Positions 27,701-37,203 of a stretch of DNA of 64,000 nt are shown piece by piece. A program made the translations under genes and the position numbers. The DNA lies in assembly GCA_037481835.1 (NCBI GenBank), contig JBBFKW010000002.1, positions 32,001 to 96,000 of the forward strand, read 5' to 3'. Numbering within the stretch: position 1 is the first letter of the stretch; the number at the start of each line of letters is the position of its first letter. The DNA is from Desulfosoma sp. Lineage in GTDB: Bacteria > Desulfobacterota > Syntrophobacteria > Syntrophobacterales > DSM-9756. The notes under the pieces are model-generated. The model was not told the origin of the DNA and did not search any database. It saw nothing but the letters and a program-made list of their open reading frames with translations.

Positions 27701-28465
27701 TTATTCAAAGCGACTCTTTCTCGAATTGGGCGCCACAAAAGAGTGGAGCTTTTGCTCGATCACCCTGGGGTTCTCGCCATTGGCCACACTGACGATGCCG
27801 CTGATGATCATTTCTTTCACGAGAGCCTCTTCTGAGCTCCTCTTCTTGAGCTTTCCCGCCATGGGAAGGCAGACCAAGTTGGCGGCGACGGCTCCATAAA
27901 ATGTGGTCAAGAGCGCCACGGCCATGGACGGTCCGATGGTGCTCGGATCACTCATCGTCTTAAGCATCTGGACAAGACCGATGAGGGTCCCGATCATGCC
28001 CATGGCCGGAAAGAACGTGGCCATGGTCGTCAAGATCTCGGCGCCGGATTTGTGCCTCTCTTCCAAGTATTCGATTTCGGTTTCCAGGATGTCCCGAATG
28101 GCCTCGGGTTCCATTCCGTCGATGGTGAGCTGCAGGCCCTTGACGAGGAAAGGATCGTTGAGTGTGGGAACTTCCGATTCCAAGGCCAGGATCCCCTCTC
28201 TGCGGGACTTGTTGGCAAATTCCACAAAGCGATCGACCACCTCCTGGGTGCTCCAGGCCTTGGTAAAAAACACATTCTTGACGACTTTGACCACACTCAA
28301 GACGTCAGCGAGCGGATAGTTGATCATCGTCGCTCCGATGGTTCCCCCGAAGACAATCAGAACGGAAGGAATGTCGATGAAAAGCCCCAGACCTCCACCC
28401 ATCATGATGGAGATAAGGACTAGGGCGAACGCGGAAATGATCCCGACAAGGGTTGCAATGTCCAT
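27701..28465 (-). CDS. motA: Stator protein MotA/PomA
   Basis: RREGILALE, PAMGMIGTLIGLV, AVALLTTFYG, GENP. Confidence 0.96.
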   Translation of the reverse strand: MDIATLVGIISAFALVLISIMMGGGLGLFIDIPSVLIVFGGTIGATMINYPLADVLSVVKVVKNVFFTKAWSTQEVVDRFVEFANKSRREGILALESEVPTLNDPFLVKGLQLTIDGMEPEAIRDILETEIEYLEERHKSGAEILTTMATFFPAMGMIGTLIGLVQMLKTMSDPSTIGPSMAVALLTTFYGAVAANLVCLPMAGKLKKRSSEEALVKEMIISGIVSVANGENPRVIEQKLHSFVAPNSRKSRFE

Positions 28466-28560
28466 CCAGCGTCCTCTCCCCCTTTGACGTTCCAGAGCTC
28501 AAAGCCAAGCCCACGACATGGGAGACACGAAGTGCCCCACACCATGCCGCCGCTTGGTTT

Positions 28561-28576
28561 AGCAAGCCGCGCGCCA
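28561..28576 (-). promoter_or_regulatory. Sigma54 promoter for motA-fliL operon
   Basis: TGGCGCGCGGCTTGCT. Confidence 0.8.
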
Positions 28577-28652
28577 GATTGCCCGGAAAGGATGTCTTAC
28601 CGTCTTGTCGGGGGAGAATACTTCGGAATCTGAAGCCGAAAAGGGGGGCTAT

Positions 28653-28666
28653 GTCAGATCTCTGAC
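28653..28666. promoter_or_regulatory. GTCA-N6-TGAC candidate upstream activator site
   Basis: GTCAGATCTCTGAC about 80 bp upstream of the motA sigma54 promoter. Confidence 0.6.
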
Positions 28667-28692
28667 GATCGGCGAGCCCCTCCCGGATGAAG

Positions 28693-28720
28693 CCTCCCCC
28701 CGAAGGCAGGACGGGGGGAG
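28693..28720 (-). terminator. Hairpin after flgE
   Basis: CCTCCCCCCG...CGGGGGGAGG stem; weak U tail. Confidence 0.5.
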
Positions 28721-28746
28721 GACGACCCCGAGGCTTACGACCGACA

Positions 28747-29928
28747 TCATCGCACCATGTTCACGGCGGTGTTGAGCAGTTCGGCGGAGGTGGTGATGGT
28801 TTTGGAATTGGCGTTGTAGCTTGCCTGGTAGGTGATCATGTTGACCATTTCCTTGGCGATATCCACGTTGGAGCCTTCGATGGTGGAGCTGAAGATGTTG
28901 CCGCGGATGCCGTCGTTGGCCGTGCCGTGAATGGGGAATTTGGATTCGGGGCCCTGGGTGTAGAGGTTGTTGCCCTGGCGGATGAGGCCGTTGTTATTGG
29001 CGAAAGTGGACACGCGCAGCTGTCCGTCCAACACGGGTTGCGGGTCGTTGGACGTGGCCATCCAATTGTCGGCCGTCCATTCTTCGCCGTTGGCCAGCGT
29101 GGATGTGACGTCCGCGATGGTGTAATAGCCGGGCGCGGCGTCGGGGCTTATGCCCGTCACATCCGGCGTGCCGTCGCCGTCGATATCCGTATCCGTCAAG
29201 GGAAATTCCGAAAGATTGATCGCCCCGGTAAAGGCGTCCATCTCCCCGTCGCCGTCGGTATCCGTGTTGAATTGCAGGTGGAAGGTATCGTCTTCCCCCA
29301 CGGTAAGGGTCAGTTCCGTTCCGTCGTTCAGGGTGATGGTGATATCGGCGTTGACGGGATCCTTAATGTAAACGCTTCCATACGCCTTGGCCGATTGATT
29401 GGCGTTGGGAGCGTAGATGACCACCTGGTTCGGGTCCGTCGGGGTTCCCCAAATCTGGCCGTTGCTGTCCACGTAATAATTGCTGAAGCGGGGATCGGTG
29501 GGGTTGTCCACTTTGATGGCGTTACCCTCTCGATTGAGCACGCGATACCCGAGTTCGTTCACCAGGTAACCGTCCTTGTCCATGTGGAAGCTGCCGTCCC
29601 GCGTATAGTAAACATTTGTCGTCCCGGGCACCTGCACGCTGAAAAATCCCTCCCCGTTAATGGCCAAATCGGACCAGCGCGTCGTGCTGATGAGCGGGCC
29701 TTGGGAAAACTGGGTGACGATTCCCATGATGGCCGTGCCCGATCCTTCACGGTCCGAATCCTGAGACAGGGTGGAATAGTATCCCGCCACCAGGTCCCCG
29801 AACCGCACGCTGTTGCTCTTAAAAGCAGTCGTGTTCACGTTGGCGATGTTGTCGCTCACCACCGTCAATGCGGTGGCGCTGGCGTTGAGTCCGCTGACGC
29901 CGATGTTCATGGCTTGGCTGATTCCCAT
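28747..29928 (-). CDS. flgE: Hook protein FlgE with atypical acidic insertion
   Basis: SDNIANVNTTAFK, DLAINGEGFF, YTRDGSF, EGSNVDIAKEMVNMI; follows flgD. Confidence 0.93.
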   Translation of the reverse strand: MGISQAMNIGVSGLNASATALTVVSDNIANVNTTAFKSNSVRFGDLVAGYYSTLSQDSDREGSGTAIMGIVTQFSQGPLISTTRWSDLAINGEGFFSVQVPGTTNVYYTRDGSFHMDKDGYLVNELGYRVLNREGNAIKVDNPTDPRFSNYYVDSNGQIWGTPTDPNQVVIYAPNANQSAKAYGSVYIKDPVNADITITLNDGTELTLTVGEDDTFHLQFNTDTDGDGEMDAFTGAINLSEFPLTDTDIDGDGTPDVTGISPDAAPGYYTIADVTSTLANGEEWTADNWMATSNDPQPVLDGQLRVSTFANNNGLIRQGNNLYTQGPESKFPIHGTANDGIRGNIFSSTIEGSNVDIAKEMVNMITYQASYNANSKTITTSAELLNTAVNMVR

Positions 29929-29992
29929 GGCTGACCTCCTTGACCTTATTGGAGAACTGTCTCTTCTCCGTTTGTATACATCTCCCGGCTGT

Positions 29993-30712
29993 TCACGATG
30001 CCGCGGCCGTTTGGCCGTCCGCCGTGCCCAAAGCGGGCGTTTCGACGGTGGTGATGAGGCTCACCGGCACGCGAATGCCGCTGTTGTGGTCCAACACCAC
30101 GTAGTTCACGCCCTGTTCCATGAGGAAACCACAGACGTTGCCCATGACCAAGGGCAGGGCGGCGACGGATTCCCCGGAAGGTCCCAGGGCTTCCACGGAG
30201 AAAGTGTATTCCCCGTCGGGCAGGGATTTCCCTTGGTCGTCTTTTCCGTCCCAGGCAAAGTCGTGCCGGCCTGCTTGGAGGGATCCGAGGGAGAGGGTTC
30301 GCACAGTCCGGCCGGCGCTGTCGGTGATGACGACCTTCACGGTGGCCGGGCTCTGCAGGTCCAAGCCCGCTCGGGAGACCGTGCCGTTTTTCAGCTGCAG
30401 GCGATTGTCCTGGGCGACGATGGTTTTTCCCAGCAGCTGCACTCCCATGGCGTTGTTGATGGAGATGAGATAATTCTGCTGTGCCTTGAGTTGGGCGTGC
30501 ACCTGGGTCAGTTTTTCCACGGTGCTGAACTGCGCCAACTGGGCAGCCATCTCGTAGGCCGCCATGGGGTTCGTGGGGTCTTGATGCTGCAGCTGCGTCG
30601 TGAACAGCAAAAGAAACGCGTTCATGTCCGACAAGCTCGTGCCCCCGACCGCCCCGGTGATGGGGGGTGTCTCGGCTGCTTGCGTCAGGGCTGGAACCGA
30701 TGCGACTGCCAT
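29993..30712 (-). CDS. flgD: Hook cap FlgD
   Basis: TQLQHQDPTNPM, AQLAQFS, WDGKDDQG..LPDGEY. Confidence 0.96.
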   Translation of the reverse strand: MAVASVPALTQAAETPPITGAVGGTSLSDMNAFLLLFTTQLQHQDPTNPMAAYEMAAQLAQFSTVEKLTQVHAQLKAQQNYLISINNAMGVQLLGKTIVAQDNRLQLKNGTVSRAGLDLQSPATVKVVITDSAGRTVRTLSLGSLQAGRHDFAWDGKDDQGKSLPDGEYTFSVEALGPSGESVAALPLVMGNVCGFLMEQGVNYVVLDHNSGIRVPVSLITTVETPALGTADGQTAAAS

Positions 30713-30739
30713 GAGGGGTCTCCGTTCTTCAACCGGGTT

Positions 30740-32707
30740 CTAGACGCGGACACTCAGGGCTCGGCCGAGCCCGGCGTCAAAGACGTGCAGGACGTTCATG
30801 AGGTTTTCGCCTTCGTCGCCTTTCCACGGCTTGGACGGCGTCCGCGGTTCGTCATGGGCCCATCGGGCGAGATTGCGCTCGGCAAAGGCCGTGTTTTCCT
30901 GGCGCACATCCACGGAAAACCGGCTCAACTGAAGGCCGTGTTCCGCAAGGACTTCTTTGAGCGATGCTGTATTGCGCTGGAGGATCTCCCGCGCCTCGGG
31001 ATGTTCCGCCTGGACAACGGCGCTCACGCGCGTGCCGTCCGTTTCCACGCGAAGGAAAAGCTTGCCGAGGCTTTCCGGCTGCAACTCCAGCGTCATGAAA
31101 CTTTTGCCACTTCGAGCCCAATGAGAAAGCTTTTGGCCGAATTCCCTGGGCCAGTCGGCGTTGAGAAAGGACAAGGTGGCTGAAGGACTCGAAGACATCG
31201 TTCGGTCCATGGGGGCTGCCGCCGGTTCTGAAAAGACCAACCCTTCGGCGGAACCCTGATAAGCTGCCTGGAAAAGGGCATTGCCGTTCTCACGGGGGCT
31301 TTCGCCGAATGGGGACGAGTCGCCCGCCGGCGATCCCGAACCTTTTCCTAGGTCGTGTCCGAAAAGGCGCCTTTCCGTGAAAAGGTCTTCTGCATTTGCA
31401 GCATCAAAAGGCTTTGAAAAATCGGAAAATATTTCGTGCACCTCGTCGGCCATGTTCAAGGAAGCGGCTGGACTGGCGTCTGAGCTCTCAACAGGGTCAT
31501 AAGCAGTCCTAGACTGAACGCTGGAAACTGTCGCGCCGTGGGGTGCCGTTCCAATCAGCGGGGCTGAAGGCCGATTGAAGATCTCCCAAGGCGGGAGGTC
31601 TCGATCCGGGAGGTCGAAGGCACCCTCAGGAGAGGGTAGAGGCACAGAGGGAAGGGTCTCTTTGTCCGGGGTCACGCCGAGCCCTGCTTTCCAAAGAATT
31701 GGACCCTGAGGAGATGCAGAGCGTGGAAGCGGCCGCGCAAGGTCTTGAGAAATGCCTTCAGGGAAAATGGGAAGGGCACTATGGAAAGCTTCAGAGCTGT
31801 TGGATTGGATGTCGGCCCCCAGGAAATCCGCCTGGGGATGGGGCTGACGATTTTCTGCATGGAGCGAAGAATCCGCCTCGCCGTACGTGGCCTCGTCGGC
31901 TTCGGCGTTTTCCGACGTTTTCCACTCATCCGTGGGCCTTCGCCAAAGGCTGAACGATCCGTCTGCCCAAAAATCTTTAAAATCCTCCGGAACGGAGTCG
32001 GAGACACCCGCAAGGCCTAACGCGTCTCGAGGGGAACCCCTGTCGCCCGGCGCAGAAAAGGTGTCCAGAGGCTGAGAGGCTGTGGGAATGTCCCGCCGGG
32101 TTTGGGCCCTTTCCATGAGGTTTTTTAGGGTCTCAATGACGCTTCGGCGATCATAGGCGGCCTGGGGCGCAAGATTTTCCGCATTGGCAAACGCCTTGTG
32201 CTTGTCGTCGGACCATCGGATCGTTTCGATGAGCTTTCGGAAAACTTCGGCGGGGATTTCCTCCCCGAACTCTCCTTCGGAAAAGGCCTCATGTTCGCCC
32301 TTTTCCAGCATGGCAATGAGGTCTTCCACCGGAAGAGCGCCTTGGTCTCCCGTGCGGTCCGCCGCCTTCCTTCTCGTTTCGGCCGAGGCGGAAAACGCGG
32401 CCAGGATTTCCTGAAGGAGCAGAGGATCGGCGATTTCCAGTTCCGGCTTTTCACTTTTGTCGACGCCGAAAAGCGTCCTTGGAGGTTCGGACAATCGCTC
32501 ATTGAGCCGCTTCCGCACAGCCAGAGTGTTCCCTCCGGTCTGAGTGGAAACCGGAACGCGACTCGAAGGTCCCCCGGTGAGAAGATCACTTTGGCGTCGC
32601 ATTTCATTCTGGAACGAGCACGAAGCCATGGAACGACCGAGCCTCTGGCGTTCTTGGGACAGGAAACGGCTCACCAATTCTGCATGGTTGATGGACAATC
32701 CCTTCAT
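30740..32707 (-). CDS. fliK: Hook-length control protein FliK
   Basis: Long low-complexity region plus LELQPESLGKL...LKEVLAEHGLQL. Confidence 0.88.
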   Translation of the reverse strand: MKGLSINHAELVSRFLSQERQRLGRSMASCSFQNEMRRQSDLLTGGPSSRVPVSTQTGGNTLAVRKRLNERLSEPPRTLFGVDKSEKPELEIADPLLLQEILAAFSASAETRRKAADRTGDQGALPVEDLIAMLEKGEHEAFSEGEFGEEIPAEVFRKLIETIRWSDDKHKAFANAENLAPQAAYDRRSVIETLKNLMERAQTRRDIPTASQPLDTFSAPGDRGSPRDALGLAGVSDSVPEDFKDFWADGSFSLWRRPTDEWKTSENAEADEATYGEADSSLHAENRQPHPQADFLGADIQSNSSEAFHSALPIFPEGISQDLARPLPRSASPQGPILWKAGLGVTPDKETLPSVPLPSPEGAFDLPDRDLPPWEIFNRPSAPLIGTAPHGATVSSVQSRTAYDPVESSDASPAASLNMADEVHEIFSDFSKPFDAANAEDLFTERRLFGHDLGKGSGSPAGDSSPFGESPRENGNALFQAAYQGSAEGLVFSEPAAAPMDRTMSSSPSATLSFLNADWPREFGQKLSHWARSGKSFMTLELQPESLGKLFLRVETDGTRVSAVVQAEHPEAREILQRNTASLKEVLAEHGLQLSRFSVDVRQENTAFAERNLARWAHDEPRTPSKPWKGDEGENLMNVLHVFDAGLGRALSVRV

Positions 32708-32768
32708 GCCCGCCCTTCTCTCTCGCCCACGTGAAAGACTCTCGGTTTCTCTCTCGCGAGGCCCTTAG

Positions 32769-32784
32769 AGCAAGGGCGATGCCA
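32769..32784 (-). promoter_or_regulatory. Sigma54 promoter for fliK-flgD-flgE
   Basis: TGGCATCGCCCTTGCT with an AT-rich tract upstream. Confidence 0.82.
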
Positions 32785-32988
32785 GGGGGAAAGTTGTCGA
32801 AGAAAGATAGAAAATACAGGTAGATAGTGTTTTTATGGTGCGAGTGGGCAAATGCAATGGGGGAAATTTTTTCTCGGTGCCGAGCAAAACGTGCCTGCGA
32901 CCCGCTCGTTTCGCGGGCCGCAGGGCGGTGCTTTCATCGAGAGTCCCTTTTGGGCGGGATGGTCTGGGAGGGGGGAATTCGGGGGCAA

Positions 32989-33765
32989 TCAGCGGCCGGT
33001 CAAAGCCCGAGAGATCTTGGCGGCTTTTTTGGTTTCCATGGATGCGAGGATCTTAGCGACCTGATCGGGACTCATGAGGCTGATGACTTTCACGGCCAAG
33101 GGTTCTTCCAGGGATTCCAGAAGCTGGCCGGCTTCTTTGGGTTTCATGTTGCCGTAGATCTTGGCCAGAGCCTGAACTTGGGCGTTTCGGGCTTGCTCCC
33201 GTTCTTCTCGAAAGGCCTGGATTTCTTGCTGGGCCTGTTTGATCTTGTCTTGGACGGCGATGAGCTCTTTGAGGCGGTTTTCGATTTCCTGTTCCATTTC
33301 CCGAAGCCGGGCTTCCCTTTCTTTCAGCTCCATTTCCTTGGATTCGAGGAGCCTCTTCTGTTCGCGCATGGCGGCCCACGTCTCCGGGCTGACGGTGGAA
33401 ACGTCGGCGGTGTCCCTGACTTCCTTTGGGGGGTCGGCCTTGGGGGAGACGGCGGCGTGAGCCGTCATGCGCGACGTTTCCTGAGCATGAACATCAGGAA
33501 CGGCCATGGCTTTCGGAGCCTGAGCGAAGAGACCGGGCCATCCCGGGAAGACTCGGACGGCCGTGAGGGAGACCTTGCAGAGCACCAGGAAGACCAGAGC
33601 CGCCAAGGTCACCTTGATGAAGGGGCGTCCCTTGGGGTTTTCTCGCCCCGCATCCCCGTCACGGGAGGGAGTTTTCGTGGATGGGGCCCCCGTCAAAGGA
33701 GCGGACGGCGAATTCGTCGAGTTTTTTCTGTTCTCTTTTCTTTTGATGCCATCGGAACTTTTCAT
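32989..33765 (-). CDS. MotE/FlbB-like protein (TM, coiled coil, MgtE-N-like repeat)
   Basis: LAKIYGNMKPKEAGQLL...AKILASME.KKAAKI; follows fliJ; start uncertain. Confidence 0.82.
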   Translation of the reverse strand: MKSSDGIKRKENRKNSTNSPSAPLTGAPSTKTPSRDGDAGRENPKGRPFIKVTLAALVFLVLCKVSLTAVRVFPGWPGLFAQAPKAMAVPDVHAQETSRMTAHAAVSPKADPPKEVRDTADVSTVSPETWAAMREQKRLLESKEMELKEREARLREMEQEIENRLKELIAVQDKIKQAQQEIQAFREEREQARNAQVQALAKIYGNMKPKEAGQLLESLEEPLAVKVISLMSPDQVAKILASMETKKAAKISRALTGR

Positions 33766-34120
33766 AATCGACCTCTTGGAGGCGTTCCAGCTTTTTCACC
33801 TCTTGATCCCTTTCCAGGAGCAGCCTCTGCTTTTCTTGGACATGGCGCCGGGCGGCGTCCCTGGCCGCCTTAAGTCTTAGCAACTGCTGTTCCAAGACGG
33901 CGAGGTACCTTTGGAAGGCGAGATGTTCTCCCAGGGAAAGGCCGTCCCGGGCCCGTTCCTGCCAGCGCACTCGATAACTTGCCAAGGTTTCTTCCGTTTC
34001 GGCGACAAGCCTTTCCGCTTGGGCGGCCTGTTCCACCGCCCGCGCCAGGGCGACCTGGGCTTCCCGAAGCTGATGCCGGCGGTGAGCCAAAAGTTTGGCG
34101 AATCGAAACACGAACGCCAC
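33659..34120 (-). CDS. fliJ: Export chaperone FliJ
   Basis: AFVFRFAKLL..R; EQKKLDE; follows fliI. Confidence 0.88.
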   Translation of the reverse strand: MAFVFRFAKLLAHRRHQLREAQVALARAVEQAAQAERLVAETEETLASYRVRWQERARDGLSLGEHLAFQRYLAVLEQQLLRLKAARDAARRHVQEKQRLLLERDQEVKKLERLQEVDYEKFRWHQKKREQKKLDEFAVRSFDGGPIHENSLP

Positions 34121-34135
34121 GGGTCTTGCTCCAGG

Positions 34136-35491
34136 TTATTCGCTGTGAAAGAGTTCCTTCAGAGCGCGGTGGGCGTCTTCGATGGAACAGCGTTCTTCTA
34201 CGGGCTGGCGCAGATAATCGTTCAGCTTGTCGATCATCTGCACGGCATAGTCCGTCGCCGGGTGACTGCCCCGCACGTAGGCGCCGATTTGGATCATGTC
34301 CTCACTGCGTTTGTAGTCTGCGAAGATTTCAATGAAGCGGGTGGCGAGGGTTTTGATTTCGGGGTCCAGGATGCGGTCTGTCAATCGGCTGACGCTTTTC
34401 AGCGGATGGATGGCCGGGTAGTGGCGACGTTGGGCCAAGTCCCGATCGAGCACGATATGGCCGTCCAGGATGGAGCGGACCGTATCGGCGATGGGATCGT
34501 CCAGATCGTCTCCTTCCACGAGGACGGTGTAGATGCCTGTGATGCTCGCCCTGTCGAAACTTCCGGCCCGTTCCAGCAGCTGAGGCAGAAGACCGAAGAC
34601 GCTGGGCGGGTATCCCTTCGTTGCGGGCGGTTCCCCGGCGGCCAGGCCGATTTCTCGGGCGGCCATGGCGAATCGCGTGACGGAATCCATCATGAAGAGG
34701 ACATCCAGCCCCTGGTCCCGGAAGAATTCGGCGACGGCGCAGGCCACGTAGGCGGCCCGCACCCGCACCGTGGCAGGTTGATCGGACGTGGCCACGACGA
34801 CCACCGAGCGGCGCCGGCCGTCTTCGCCCAATTCCGATTCCAGAAATTCGTTGACCTCCCGGCCTCGTTCGCCGATCAGGGCGATCACGTTCACCGGAGC
34901 CGACGTGTAACGGGCCATCATGCCGAGGAGCGTGCTTTTGCCTACCCCCGATCCCGCAAAGATGCCCATGCGCTGGCCCTTGCCGATGGGCAAAAGGGCA
35001 TTGATGGCACGAATGCCCACGTCCAACTGTTTGGAAATGATGGGCCGGGTCAGGGGGTTGGGCGTGGGGGTGCGCAGAGGATAGGGGATGCCGTCGGAAA
35101 TCGGACCGGCGTCGTCCAAGGGTTGAGCCATGCCGTCGATGACGCGGCCCAGGAGAGCGAGGGACACGGGGCACGTCGAGGATTTCGGGTCCAGGGCGAC
35201 CCTGTCTCCGGGGGCCAGGTTCCGCAGAGGCGACAGGGGGCTGAGCTTGAGGCGCCGCCCGACGAAACCCACGGTTTCGGCGACCACGGGAGGCGCCTCG
35301 TCTCGTGGAAAAATACGGCAGATGTCGCCAACGGTGGCTTCCAAGCCGACGGCTTCGATGAGATTGCCGACGACGGCGGACACCTTACCGTAAATCGTCC
35401 AGGGCGCCGCTTCGTTCACCGCGGCGAGCGCCGGCCTCAGGCCGAGGTAATCGTCGGGGGCTGCGGTGGGGGATTCAGCTTGGGCTTTCAT
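34136..35491 (-). CDS. fliI: Export ATPase FliI
   Basis: GSGVGKS, IGERGREV, DSVTRFAMA, GEPP. Confidence 0.98.
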   Translation of the reverse strand: MKAQAESPTAAPDDYLGLRPALAAVNEAAPWTIYGKVSAVVGNLIEAVGLEATVGDICRIFPRDEAPPVVAETVGFVGRRLKLSPLSPLRNLAPGDRVALDPKSSTCPVSLALLGRVIDGMAQPLDDAGPISDGIPYPLRTPTPNPLTRPIISKQLDVGIRAINALLPIGKGQRMGIFAGSGVGKSTLLGMMARYTSAPVNVIALIGERGREVNEFLESELGEDGRRRSVVVVATSDQPATVRVRAAYVACAVAEFFRDQGLDVLFMMDSVTRFAMAAREIGLAAGEPPATKGYPPSVFGLLPQLLERAGSFDRASITGIYTVLVEGDDLDDPIADTVRSILDGHIVLDRDLAQRRHYPAIHPLKSVSRLTDRILDPEIKTLATRFIEIFADYKRSEDMIQIGAYVRGSHPATDYAVQMIDKLNDYLRQPVEERCSIEDAHRALKELFHSE

Positions 35492-36212
35492 GGGCGAAGA
35501 GGACCTCGCGCAAATTTTTCAGCCGGGTTTCCACCAGCGCATCGATTTCCTGGAGGGCACTGTGCACCCGGCAGCCCCCTCGGCTGATGTGGGGATCCAG
35601 TGCGATCCTCACCGTCCCGGCGCCTTCCACCGGCGCCGATAACCATCGCTCCAAGATGCTGTGTTTTTGTAAAAGATCCCGATCCTTGGGGTGGAGAACG
35701 ATGGTGATGGCCTGGGATCGGTCCATGTGATCGAGAATTTCATCCACAAGCTTTTCCAAAACGGAAGGATTCACAGTAACGGCGGCCTGGAAAAGATGCC
35801 GGGAGAGGGCCAAAGCAGCCTCGAGGAGCCACTGGCGGTAATCGCCGAGGACCCGGGCAGGCAGCGCCTCCAGGGAAACCGCCACAGCGTCCAAGCGCTC
35901 CCGTATTTTTTCGATGCTGCTTGCGCCGAAGGCGTAGCCGTCCTTGCGTCCCTGTTCGTATCCCTTTTGGTAAGCTTCCCTTTCCAGTTCTTCGGCGCGC
36001 CTTTCCGCCTCCAACAGGCGCTGGCGGATCACCTGTTCCAATTCGTCCAGAGGGTTCGCGCCATCGGCCTCGCCCTTGGAAGCGTCCTCGCGAGGGCTCG
36101 AGAAAGGATCCGCCGGGTGGCGGCCTTCGCCGGGTTCGGCTTCCAGCGGTTCGAAGGCAAAGCGTGTCCAGCCTGCTGGGGCGGTTCCTTTGAGCACTTT
36201 AAACGAGGGCAT
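35475..36212 (-). CDS. fliH: FliH
   Basis: AYQKGYEQGRKDG GxxxG repeats; DPHISRGGC. Confidence 0.9.
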   Translation of the reverse strand: MPSFKVLKGTAPAGWTRFAFEPLEAEPGEGRHPADPFSSPREDASKGEADGANPLDELEQVIRQRLLEAERRAEELEREAYQKGYEQGRKDGYAFGASSIEKIRERLDAVAVSLEALPARVLGDYRQWLLEAALALSRHLFQAAVTVNPSVLEKLVDEILDHMDRSQAITIVLHPKDRDLLQKHSILERWLSAPVEGAGTVRIALDPHISRGGCRVHSALQEIDALVETRLKNLREVLFAHESPS

Positions 36213-37200
36213 CGCCTCCGTCTCCTCTGGCCAGCATGAGCCGACCTTCCTTTTCCAGCTTGCGCGCCACGTTGAGGATGTTGCGCTGTGCCGCTTCCAC
36301 GTCGCTCAAGCGCACTGGGCCCATGACCTCCATGTCTTCCAGGAGCATCTGGGCGGCCCGTTGGGACAAATTCTTGAGGATCTTCTGCTTGACTTCCTCG
36401 GAAGCGGTCTTGAGGGCCAGGGTCAGGTCTTCGTTGCTGATTTCCTTCAAAAGCTCCCGGATGCCCGAGTCGTTGACGTTTACCAGATCGTCGAACACAA
36501 ACATGAGGTTGCGGACGCTGTCGGCAAGCTCCGCATCGTAATCTTCCAGGGCCTGCAAGATATTGTCGCTGGTGCGGCGATCGCAGCGGTTTAGGAGTTC
36601 CGCCACCGTCTGGACGCCGCCTACGACCTTGTAGCCTTCATCGGCCATGGACAGAAGTTCCTTCTCCAGGACTTCATCCACTTCACGGAGCAAATCGGGC
36701 GGAACCGTTTCCAGCGTGGCGATCCGGTTCGTCACTTCAAACTGCAGATTTTCGGGAAGAAGCGACAGCACTTCGCTCGCCTTCTCATGTTCCAGGTGGA
36801 CAAGGATGATGGCGATGGTCTGAGGGTGTTCGTTCTTGATGAAATTGGCCAGCACCCGCGAATCCACGTCCTGCAGGTTCTTGAACGGGATCTTTTGGTT
36901 TTCCTCTTCGATCTTGCTCAGTACCGCCCCGGCTTCCTCCGGAGGGAGCACGGCCGGCAGAAGCTTTTTCAAGAAGATGTTGCCGGGGATTTGGACAGGT
37001 TGTTCGCGTTCCAGGTTCTGGAGGAACTCTTTGAGCAGTTCATCCACGGTGTCGTTGCCCACCGTGTCCAAGCGGGCGATTTGGGAGCCCAGCTTTTGGA
37101 TTTCCTGAGGGGTGAGGTTCTTGAGGATTTGGGCGGAACCTTTTTCCCCCAATGCCAGGAGCACGGCGGCCGCTTTCTGGAGACCCGTGAGTTTCGCCAT
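36199..37200 (-). CDS. fliG: Rotor protein FliG
   Basis: EHPQ, GG, MFVF, MGPVRLSDVE. Confidence 0.98.
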   Translation of the reverse strand: MAKLTGLQKAAAVLLALGEKGSAQILKNLTPQEIQKLGSQIARLDTVGNDTVDELLKEFLQNLEREQPVQIPGNIFLKKLLPAVLPPEEAGAVLSKIEEENQKIPFKNLQDVDSRVLANFIKNEHPQTIAIILVHLEHEKASEVLSLLPENLQFEVTNRIATLETVPPDLLREVDEVLEKELLSMADEGYKVVGGVQTVAELLNRCDRRTSDNILQALEDYDAELADSVRNLMFVFDDLVNVNDSGIRELLKEISNEDLTLALKTASEEVKQKILKNLSQRAAQMLLEDMEVMGPVRLSDVEAAQRNILNVARKLEKEGRLMLARGDGGDALV

Positions 37201-37203
37201 GGC

